Origin: a virus
DNA length: 16,327 bases
Reading direction: 5' to 3' (one strand)
UHGV virus genome: UHGV-1577189
The notes beneath the pieces are model-generated. The model was given only the letters and a program-made list of their open reading frames with translations. It had not been told where the DNA came from and did no database searches. Both the position numbers and the translations under genes were made by a program. Below, piece by piece: positions 8,018 through 14,712 of the stretch. Position 1 is the first letter of the stretch. Each line of letters starts with the position of its first letter.

Positions 8018-8135
8018 ACCACGATATGTGGTATTAAAACCACATATCGTGAGTTTTTCAATGGGCGAAACAAAAAATAACCTTCTATTTGTGGTCCACC
8101 TCTCGTCTTACCATGTGAAAACCACTAAATGTGGT
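8018..8135. promoter_or_regulatory. Operator cluster between divergent cro-like and cI-like genes
   Basis: ACCAC-GATAT-GTGGT (8018-8032), ACCAC-ATATC-GTGAG (8039-8053, imperfect), ACCAC-TAAAT-GTGGT (8121-8135), all in A-rich context. Confidence 0.6.
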
Positions 8136-8172
8136 AATGTATAAATAACCCACCATTCACGATTGATGAGAC

Positions 8173-8829
8173 ATGAAAAGCAACGACGAGAACATCAAGA
8201 AAGAAATAGGTCTGCGCATTCAGACTCTACGGAAACAATCCGGCATGACTGCCGGAGATCTCCAGCAAGTCACTGGAATAGGCTTAAGCACCTTGCAGAA
8301 CTATGAGGCCGGATTAAGACAACCATCGATACCTGCCATCAAGAAAATCGCGCACGCCCTGAAAGCATCAGCGCCTTATATCGCGTGCTTAACAGATAAC
8401 CCGTTCCCACCCCAGAATACTAACGCTCCTGTTATTCCTGGGCTTGTAGCTATAAAAAATGACATAGCATCGCACGCCGGAGAAAAGCCAGTGCTGGCGA
8501 TAGAACAGGAGATTCTACGAAGCAAGAACATCAACCCATCGTCTCTGTCAGTTCTCCAGAGCAACGATGAGTTAATGTCACCAACAATATCCCCTGGCTC
8601 CCAAGTCCTGATTAATACAGACGATACAGAGATTCATGAGGGGATCTATGCCCTTGAAGACAGAAATGGCCTGGTTGTTTTGAGGCACTGTAGAGTCATA
8701 CCGGGTGACAATGCTGTTATGCTGTCAACCGAAAGGGATGCTGAAATGAACACTAAGCATCTGAATAACGAGGAATTTAAGCGTTATAAAGTTCTTGGCC
8801 GCGTAGTTAGTGTTGTCAACTGGTTATGA
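8173..8829 (+). CDS. CI-like phage repressor: N-terminal HTH_XRE plus C-terminal S24 (LexA-like) domain
   Basis: 218 aa; HTH LRKQSGMTAGDLQQVTGIGLSTLQNYEAG; C-terminal beta-rich domain with an Ala-Gly dipeptide (SHAGEKP) and conserved Lys (RYKVLGRVV); catalytic Ser context is atypical (ELMSP). Confidence 0.8.
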   Translation: MKSNDENIKKEIGLRIQTLRKQSGMTAGDLQQVTGIGLSTLQNYEAGLRQPSIPAIKKIAHALKASAPYIACLTDNPFPPQNTNAPVIPGLVAIKNDIASHAGEKPVLAIEQEILRSKNINPSSLSVLQSNDELMSPTISPGSQVLINTDDTEIHEGIYALEDRNGLVVLRHCRVIPGDNAVMLSTERDAEMNTKHLNNEEFKRYKVLGRVVSVVNWL

Positions 8830-8871
8830 TACACAGCACGGCGAAAGCCGTGCATTTCTACGCTCAAAAAA

Positions 8872-8886
8872 ACCACATTATGTGGT
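8872..8886. promoter_or_regulatory. Fourth ACCAC-N5-GTGGT operator (ACCAC-ATTAT-GTGGT) between the repressor gene and the next ORF
   Basis: Same palindrome family as 8018-8135; followed by TTGACA (8888-8893) and RBS AGAGG before the ATG at 8922. Confidence 0.5.
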
Positions 8887-8921
8887 TTTGACAACATGTA
8901 AAAGTATAAAAGAGGCTACGC

Positions 8922-9296
8922 ATGGAATTACATACAGCCAATAAAAATGAAACTCTGATCACTGCTGGAATCGAAATCCAAGCGTTGAACATAGCGATTG
9001 AGTGTATGTTATGCCAAATCATTGATAATGAGAAAGATATCGACTGGATAGAATCTATCCTTCATCTGGCATCAGAACAAAAAGTCTGCCTCAAAACGGC
9101 CTTGCAATACGATGTGCCAGCGGTATCGAAGCTGTGCCAGCCATTGATGGCATATAACAGGGCTATTATTTCTGTATGCCTCATGATTCTTGATGAAAAC
9201 ACCCCTCTTAGCGACCGCTCAGAAGCTGCTCTAACCCTCTCACGTAAACAGCGACAGCTAGCAAATCAACTGATATCAACGATAGCTGACCTCTGA
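8922..9296 (+). CDS. Hypothetical protein (124 aa) co-oriented with and downstream of the repressor
   Basis: ATG with RBS AGAGG; followed by a hairpin at 9301-9320; no family recognised. Confidence 0.55.
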   Translation: MELHTANKNETLITAGIEIQALNIAIECMLCQIIDNEKDIDWIESILHLASEQKVCLKTALQYDVPAVSKLCQPLMAYNRAIISVCLMILDENTPLSDRSEAALTLSRKQRQLANQLISTIADL

Positions 9297-9300
9297 CTGC

Positions 9301-9320
9301 AAGCGGGCTAACGCCCGCTT
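9301..9320 (+). terminator. Hairpin terminator candidate after the 8922..9296 gene
   Basis: 8-bp stem AAGCGGGC/GCCCGCTT with loop TAAC, followed by an A/T-rich tract. Confidence 0.4.
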
Positions 9321-9425
9321 ATATGATTATAGATTTATATAATTATATAAAACACTTTCCATCCGCCAAAAAGTTGGTTATGCTTACCTCGTTCTATAAA
9401 TATAGATTTATAGAATTATATAACC
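9321..9425. repeat. AT-rich repeat region upstream of parA (candidate centromere/operator)
   Basis: Two copies of ATAGATTTATA(T/G)AATTATATAA at 9321-9351 and 9394-9423; the same motif family recurs at 4354-4380, 5563-5597, 10099-10131 and 14634-14665. Confidence 0.5.
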
Positions 9426-9446
9426 AAACACATGGAGTCTCGACAA

Positions 9447-10100
9447 ATGACTATCTCTGTAGGTATTTTCAACGGAAAAGGCGGCGTAACCAAATCAACA
9501 ATTGCCCGTGCTTTAGCAGTTGCTTATGCAAAGGCTGGCTGGAATGTATGCCTGATCGATATGGATGTGCTTAACGGAACGGTAACGCGTTGGGTACAAC
9601 GCAGAATGGCCAACAATATCGAACCAGCAATCGCGGCGCAGCCGTGCGGCACACCATCACAAGTCCAGAAAATCATCGAATCAGAAGTATACGACCTGGT
9701 TATCGTTGATGGCGGTGCCTACGCATCTGAATCAGTACCGAAGCTATCTGAATTTCTGGATATGGTTATTTTGCCAACCCGATTCTCTACCGATGACCTG
9801 GAAACCACCGTTAACACTGCTCACGGCATCGTTAAAAAGGGTGTGCCAATCAAGAAAATTTGCATGGTGTTTTCCGGCGCGGCTGAAAATGAAGCTGACT
9901 ATATTGAAGCCCAAGAGTACCTGGCTAATACGCCATACTTTGTTGTCGATAAGTACATTCCCCACAAGCCAGCTCTGAGCAAAGCTCAGGATAAGGGCTT
10001 AAGCCTCATTGAATGCTCATACGTTGCGCCACGCAAAAAGGCAGACGACGTTATTCAGGGGATTATCAACCAGCTTGAGGCTCTGACTACTGCCGCGTAA
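9447..10100 (+). CDS. parA: ParA-family partition ATPase (small type Ib, no N-terminal HTH)
   Basis: Deviant Walker A GKGGVTKST; about 217 aa. ATG at 9447 is preferred over 9432 because GGAG lies 9 nt upstream. Confidence 0.85.
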   Translation: MTISVGIFNGKGGVTKSTIARALAVAYAKAGWNVCLIDMDVLNGTVTRWVQRRMANNIEPAIAAQPCGTPSQVQKIIESEVYDLVIVDGGAYASESVPKLSEFLDMVILPTRFSTDDLETTVNTAHGIVKKGVPIKKICMVFSGAAENEADYIEAQEYLANTPYFVVDKYIPHKPALSKAQDKGLSLIECSYVAPRKKADDVIQGIINQLEALTTAA

Positions 10101-10143
10101 TATATAATTATAGTTTTATAGATTTATATAAGAGGGGATACAC

Positions 10144-10392
10144 ATGGCCGCACCATCAAAACCACCAAAGAAGAACAGCAAAGGCGTACCGCCATCGATC
10201 GAACAACCGCAGGTTTTCGACCCGACTGAAACGCCAACCAGAACCAAATCAGGTGGGGCACAAATGGCGTTTAACGTCGACCCTGAATTTAAACGCGAGT
10301 ACAAAACGTTCGCCAGTTCAATGGATATGTCATTGAAAGAAGTGCTGACAAAATCTTTTGAGTTACTCAAGGCTCAATACAACCAGAAGTAA
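10144..10392 (+). CDS. ParG-like ribbon-helix-helix centromere-binding protein
   Basis: 82 aa, basic disordered N-terminus; C-terminal MAFNVDPEFKREYKTFASSMDMSLKEVL resembles the TP228 ParG RHH segment; RBS AAGAGGGG; directly downstream of parA. Confidence 0.6.
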   Translation: MAAPSKPPKKNSKGVPPSIEQPQVFDPTETPTRTKSGGAQMAFNVDPEFKREYKTFASSMDMSLKEVLTKSFELLKAQYNQK

Positions 10393-10454
10393 GAGAAGGT
10401 GACGGCCTCCAGCGCCAACTGTTGGCCGTCGCGACACAACAAGGGGAATTTGTT

Positions 10455-10604
10455 ATGTCCGAACAACAATATACACGGTTACTAAAAACTCGTCTAATAG
10501 ACCTCAAGCGACTCAAAGCTGGGCGTTTATTTGCCTTGCTATCAACCAGGCCAGAATGGGTACGTGAAGCAGTTCTGAAAGGTTTAATGCGTTCCAGCGT
10601 TTAA
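10455..10604 (+). CDS. Small hypothetical ORF (49 aa)
   Basis: ATG with RBS AAGGGGA 7 nt upstream; the track start at 10422 is a TTG. Confidence 0.3.
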   Translation: MSEQQYTRLLKTRLIDLKRLKAGRLFALLSTRPEWVREAVLKGLMRSSV

Positions 10605-10718
10605 ATGTAGCCATAAAAAAGGCGGGCAACCAACCCGCCTCATTAGAGGTCAACGTCTCTTAGAAACCATCAAATTCGTCATACCGCTTTTTCATATCAA
10701 CCCCGTATTGAAATCGTA

Positions 10719-10733
10719 ACCACATCTTGTGGC
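10719..10733. promoter_or_regulatory. Isolated operator-like site ACCAC-ATCTT-GTGGC
   Basis: Same ACCAC-N5-GTGG architecture as the immunity-region operators, but about 1.8 kb away, between two hairpins. Confidence 0.35.
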
Positions 10734-10792
10734 TCTTACGGTATATAAGCTACTGCAATGGTAAACAGCTATCAAATGCAGGTTGCAGTAAA

Positions 10793-10812
10793 AAAGGCCC
10801 CCGAAGGGGCCT
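10793..10812 (-). terminator. Rho-independent terminator for the small peptide gene
   Basis: Stem AGGCCCC/GGGGCCT with loop CGAA; a T-run follows on the minus strand. Confidence 0.5.
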
Positions 10813-10817
10813 AATCG

Positions 10818-10940
10818 CTACTTGCTGCTAATGTTTATCGTCACATTCAGAGCGTTATCAGTAATCTTCCAACCCTCCCCATGTGGCGTAAACAAAGCTC
10901 CAGTAACAACGATAAAAATACACATGTAGTATTTTTTCAT
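10818..10940 (-). CDS. Small hydrophobic peptide (40 aa: MKKYYMCIFIVVTGALFTPHGEGWKITDNALNVTINISSK), candidate type I toxin-like membrane peptide
   Basis: ATG at 10940 with RBS AAGGG 8 nt upstream (the track start at 11000 is TTG); Lys-rich N-terminus then a hydrophobic segment; terminator immediately downstream. Confidence 0.4.
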   Translation of the reverse strand: MKKYYMCIFIVVTGALFTPHGEGWKITDNALNVTINISSK

Positions 10941-11219
10941 TGTGTGGCCCTTACAGGCCGTTTCACGGCATCCCCACCGACGAAAATGACGCGAGAGCAA
11001 GCACGCTGTTTGTGCCTGCGTGGTACGGCAAGTGGATAATCCTTTCCTGAAAGTCAGTGCCCGGGTGCGAATCGGCGGAAAGGCCCCAAGCCATATTACA
11101 CGTCATACCCTTCATAATGAAGGAATAAAAAACGCTTTTATTACATGAGATTACACGTAAATAAGTTAAAAACCTTCATTTTGCATGAGCTAATGAGCTA
11201 AATTTTTTTATATGAATAG

Positions 11220-11352
11220 TGGACTATTCACCTCAGTTGGGTAAGAATGTAGTTGCTGTTTGTGCTTGCGTGGTTGTATTAGTACAACGACGTTATGCTG
11301 AAAGGACCGCGAATCCGATCAGCACGAAAGAACCGTCCTCAATAGGGCGGTT
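11220..11352 (+). ncRNA. Candidate small RNA ending in a rho-independent terminator
   Basis: Terminator ACCGTCCT-CAAT-AGGGCGGT followed by T7 (11325-11352); carries a 20-nt copy (11255-11274) of a sequence at 11005-11024; possible promoter TTGCAT at 11181-11186. Confidence 0.35.
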
Positions 11353-11429
11353 TTTTTGTTTCTGCCTACCAATAAACCCACGCTATGTGGTTGTCTCTGT
11401 TAAAATCCCTCTGTATTGACATAAATGCG

Positions 11430-11528
11430 CCATTGGTGGACACTTTCCGAGCCGTAGCAAAATCTACGGTCGGGATTGGAACCCCGATAATCATCATGGC
11501 GCATACCGCGTTAGCGGTTTTTTTATGC
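11430..11528 (+). ncRNA. Candidate c4-like antisense RNA of an immI-type antirepressor module
   Basis: Three consecutive hairpins (CCGTAG/CTACGG; TCGGG-ATTGGAA-CCCGA; ACCGC-GTTA-GCGGT plus T7) upstream of a small ORF and ant; the loop GATTGGAACC recurs in the leader hairpin loop at 11638-11647. Confidence 0.35.
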
Positions 11529-11689
11529 GTAAAGCACTGCTACACCCAAATTATGGTGGGGCGTGCGGGGGAGTCGTAAGACTCGCCGGATTCCATGGTG
11601 ACCGGTAGTTCCAACCCTGTACGTCTCACCACCCAATGATTGGAACCAGACGGTGGTGAGTATCCTTAACCTTTAAGGGAACTATCACC

Positions 11690-11881
11690 ATGACAAACTT
11701 ACCCCATGACTATTACGTCAACCTCGTAAAGATCCTTCTCAAGAAAGCCTCATACGCCGATAAATTCCGCCTGGCTGAAATCATCGAGCGCGAAGCTATG
11801 CGCATCGCCAGCAACGATAACGCTGTTTCTGACGCAAAAATCTCCCTCGTAACCAAAGTAGTTATGGGAGGTGCAAAATGA
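11690..11881 (+). CDS. Small ORF (63 aa) translationally coupled to ant (icd-like position)
   Basis: RBS TAAGGGA; its stop overlaps the ant ATG (ATGA at 11878-11881); preceded by a 9-bp-stem leader hairpin at 11625-11662. Confidence 0.45.
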   Translation: MTNLPHDYYVNLVKILLKKASYADKFRLAEIIEREAMRIASNDNAVSDAKISLVTKVVMGGAK

Positions 11882-13023
11882 AAACGCTTCCGACCGTTAA
11901 CACCCTACAGCCTATCCTGCATAACCAAATCCCTGTCATTACTACCGAGTTACTAGCACAGCTTTACGGCACTGAGCCGGTGCGTATTCGCCAGAATCAT
12001 CATGAGAACAAAGCACGTTTCGTTGAAGGGAAACACTTTTTCAAAGTTGTTGGTAATGACCTTAAAGAATTGCGGGTAGCTTTAAACTACTCTCAAAATC
12101 CAGTTTCACCTAAAGTCCGCTCCCTCATCCTCTGGACAGAACGCGGGGCTGCACGTCACGCTAAAATGCTCGAAACCGATCAGGCGTGGGATGTATTCGA
12201 ACGGCTGGAAGACTGCTACTTCAACCAGAACGCGCAAACGGCCGCGACCGTAACCGTCTCACCAAACAATGCTCGTGAGGTTGTCGATACGCTCAACGCT
12301 AAACCAATGTATTACATTAAGGTGTGCAACAACGAGCCACTCACAACCTCAGCCGATGTTGCCCAGGCATTCAGCACCACAAACAATTCCATCGTTATGG
12401 CCATCGATGCGTTACGCATTCCTCGCACAGCTGCGGCGCGTCACTTCTTTAAAGAGCAACGACCGCTGGAAGGAAGCGACCGCGAAATAACAATCTATCG
12501 CATGACAAAAGACGGATTTACCTTGCTCATGGAGAGCATCGACGGTCCAAGCGTGAAAGATATCAAGCTGGCCTACATTGAAGCCTTTAACGCTATCAGC
12601 AGCGTGTTAAAAACACAGTACGAGCGTGATCTGGCTAAACGACTATACCAGGAAAAAACGATTATCCGCGCGGCAACAGAGCATAATCGGCTATTAACGG
12701 AACCGAACTACAGGAAGGAACTAATCAAGGAGTTTGACAAGGCAACAGGGAAAACCAAAGCGGCGCTAAGTCTGCCAGCAATGACTCAGGAAAATGTGAT
12801 ATCAGCCTTACTTCTTGATCTGCTCAGAAACGCCAGAGCACTTATCAGCTTTGACGAAAACCTGAATCCTCAGCTCAAGCTACTACCACCGACAGGCAAA
12901 GTAGTCGACCAAGCAGAACACAACAGCATACTCAGCGTACTGGATGCAAACCTGCCAGCCAGGACACTACAGGATCTGATAAAAACATGTGCTGATAAGC
13001 TGGCACAGAAAAGCAGACCATAA
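11878..13023 (+). CDS. ant: Phage antirepressor Ant
   Basis: 381 aa; N-terminal ITTELLAQLYGTEPVRIRQNHHENKARFVEGKHFFKVVGNDLKEL and SLILWTERGAARHAKMLETDQAWDVFERLEDCYF match the antirepressor N-terminal domain; RBS GGGAGG. Confidence 0.8.
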   Translation: MKTLPTVNTLQPILHNQIPVITTELLAQLYGTEPVRIRQNHHENKARFVEGKHFFKVVGNDLKELRVALNYSQNPVSPKVRSLILWTERGAARHAKMLETDQAWDVFERLEDCYFNQNAQTAATVTVSPNNAREVVDTLNAKPMYYIKVCNNEPLTTSADVAQAFSTTNNSIVMAIDALRIPRTAAARHFFKEQRPLEGSDREITIYRMTKDGFTLLMESIDGPSVKDIKLAYIEAFNAISSVLKTQYERDLAKRLYQEKTIIRAATEHNRLLTEPNYRKELIKEFDKATGKTKAALSLPAMTQENVISALLLDLLRNARALISFDENLNPQLKLLPPTGKVVDQAEHNSILSVLDANLPARTLQDLIKTCADKLAQKSRP

Positions 13024-13028
13024 CTACA

Positions 13029-13060
13029 AGGGGCTACGGCCCCTTACTCTTTTCTCTCTT
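13029..13060 (+). terminator. Rho-independent terminator after ant
   Basis: Stem AGGGGC/GCCCCT with loop TACG, followed by a T/C-rich run. Confidence 0.55.
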
Positions 13061-13762
13061 ATCAACACCAGAGACTTTCTGAAAATCCTTTCGAATAGCG
13101 TCAGCGTCACGCGCCAAGCCCATACTCGAACGTGTCGCCATATGACGAAAATGATCAACTGCCGGAAACAAAGAAATAATGGACCCAATAGCTTGCAGCA
13201 AACTCGCTTTTCTACGCATCATAATTCCACCATAACCGATAGCCACCCTTCAGACACAACCCCCCCTCCCCCCATACAGGGTGCCCTTTACCGGAGTTCC
13301 GGCCCCTTCTCAAAAGCATCAAAAAAAGCTCGAGATCGAGTACCGGAACTCATGCCACCAGATAGCTCCACATCGTTTCCAATGCTTCGCCGCCGTGTGC
13401 GCCCTGTGGCCCACAATCATGCCATTGGTCGTCTGATATACCTTCTTCTGCTCATTGAGCACAGGCGAGTTGTCGCACTCCTGCCTTTCTCAGACTCGAC
13501 TTAGTTTAGATCGCTGTTCCTAGCTTGCGTCAGCACACTTTCCCCTTGTACGCATACCCGCGCGCCACTCCGCCCAAAAACACCGAACCCAACGAAGTGG
13601 CAAAGACAACGACGCGAGCGTGAGTCTGAAACAGGCACCAGTAAAAAAGGGGTTGCAGGCGCAAAAAGATTTGATTATCTTTAGACGCAAGAAAGCCGCC
13701 CCAATCAAGAGGTGTCTTTTTAAATCCAGCCTACCAAGCAAGATTTAAATTTCAGACTGAAA

Positions 13763-13790
13763 ACCGCCCGGCAAGGCGGTTTTTGTCTTT
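13763..13790. terminator. Bidirectional rho-independent terminator
   Basis: Stem ACCGCC/GGCGGT with loop CGGCAA; TTTTTG on the plus side and a T4 run on the minus side; lies downstream of the minus-strand HTH gene. Confidence 0.55.
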
Positions 13791-13832
13791 CTGGCGCTTA
13801 CATTACACCACCATAAAACGATCCGTAAAGGA

Positions 13833-14105
13833 TCATTTGATCCCTTGTTCCAATTCTGACGACACTTTAACCTTTTCCCATACAAGGGTTTGCAGCCTTA
13901 ACAGAATCGCATCTTTATCAAGGTGTGAAAGATCCTTAACCATATCGTCAAACGACAGAACGCGAATGGCCATCTCAATGACCCTCGGCGGCTCCCCCTT
14001 CTCATATCGCTTATATGTAGCCAACGATATCCCAAATTCTTCGGCGGCTCGCTCCTGCGTCCAGTTCATCCCACGACGCCATAATTTCAATTCATAACCC
14101 GTCAT
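13833..14105 (-). CDS. XRE-family HTH transcriptional regulator (about 90 aa)
   Basis: ATG at 14105 with strong RBS GAGGAGG; HTH WTQERAAEEFGISLATYKRYEKG; an 11-bp-arm palindrome lies immediately upstream. Confidence 0.7.
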   Translation of the reverse strand: MTGYELKLWRRGMNWTQERAAEEFGISLATYKRYEKGEPPRVIEMAIRVLSFDDMVKDLSHLDKDAILLRLQTLVWEKVKVSSELEQGIK

Positions 14106-14134
14106 AGCATCCTCCTCGCACAATATTAACACTC

Positions 14135-14159
14135 GCAAAGTGTCAAAATGACACTTTGC
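14135..14159. promoter_or_regulatory. Perfect 11-bp-arm inverted repeat GCAAAGTGTCA-AAA-TGACACTTTGC (operator/terminator candidate)
   Basis: Sits between the stop of the 14169..14549 gene and the RBS of the HTH regulator; a 14-nt half-site copy occurs at 5635-5648. Confidence 0.55.
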
Positions 14160-14168
14160 GCATTGTGT

Positions 14169-14549
14169 TTACTTAACGAGGAATAAAAATGGTTTATTGT
14201 TCGGCGGTGTAATCGGGGCTGGCTCGCTTTTGCTCATGCGATCAGTGTACCAGGCCAGCTCCTTGTCAAAGTAAGCCTGATTAAAATAGGCCATGAATGT
14301 AGTTTCAAATCCATAACGACCGCTAATACGCAGCATCTGATTGCCGTTCTCTGTTTCCAGATATACCTGGGCACGTTCCTGATTCTCCTTCAGCCAGGTT
14401 AAAGCCTCATCGCACGAGGACACACGGTACTCATCATCGTAGCCGTCATCGATGCGGCTTGAAGAAGAACGGCAAATCACGCCAACAGAACCAGCCAGGA
14501 TAGTTTGAATTTTAAGGAAAGCATTTTTGCGGATTTTAATCATGCTCAT
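14169..14549 (-). CDS. Hypothetical protein (126 aa) driven by the duplicated promoter/leader module
   Basis: ATG with RBS GGAGA in the conserved leader; no family recognised. Confidence 0.6.
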   Translation of the reverse strand: MSMIKIRKNAFLKIQTILAGSVGVICRSSSSRIDDGYDDEYRVSSCDEALTWLKENQERAQVYLETENGNQMLRISGRYGFETTFMAYFNQAYFDKELAWYTDRMSKSEPAPITPPNNKPFLFLVK

Positions 14550-14555
14550 CGGGTT

Positions 14556-14651
14556 ATCTCCGGTTTAACCAGGGCGGGTATCGCTCGGTTTCGGTTATAA
14601 CCTTAGGAAATTTTTTCCCACCTGTAAAGCATTTTTTATATAAATATATAA
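14556..14651. repeat. 96-bp promoter/leader module, copy 2 (3 mismatches to 5485..5580)
   Basis: Direct comparison of the two segments; immediately upstream of the start codon at 14549. Confidence 0.85.
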
Positions 14652-14672
14652 TTATATAATTCTATGAGCACA

Positions 14673-14695
14673 AAAAAGCCCCTTTGCAACAGGGG
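14673..14695 (-). terminator. Terminator candidate after the HigBA-like operon
   Basis: Stem AAGCCCC/GGGGCTT flanked by A6 on the plus strand, i.e. a T6 run following the stem on the minus strand. Confidence 0.5.
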
Positions 14696-14712
14696 CTTAT
14701 CATTCGTTCTGA

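Noticed and set aside
9323-9574. Plus-strand 83-aa ORF across the AT-rich repeats
   Set aside because: Begins inside the repeat and promoter region and overlaps the parA start in another frame; Lys/Phe-rich AT-driven translation.
9321-10131. AT-rich repeats as a possible CRISPR array
   Set aside because: Repeat copies are degenerate and irregularly spaced, they flank known genes, and there are no unique spacers of constant length or any cas genes.
10412-10424. Palindrome GCCAAC-T-GTTGGC just after the ParG-like stop
   Set aside because: Perfect but short and isolated, with no repeat elsewhere; noted only.
10940-11000. N-terminal extension of the small peptide ORF (track start 11000)
   Set aside because: The codon at 11000 is TTG with no RBS, whereas the internal ATG at 10940 has an AAGGG RBS.
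12989-13504. Plus-strand 171-aa ORF
   Set aside because: Low-complexity Ser/Thr/Pro/Arg-rich translation, no RBS, and its start lies inside the ant 3' end and terminator; judged non-coding.
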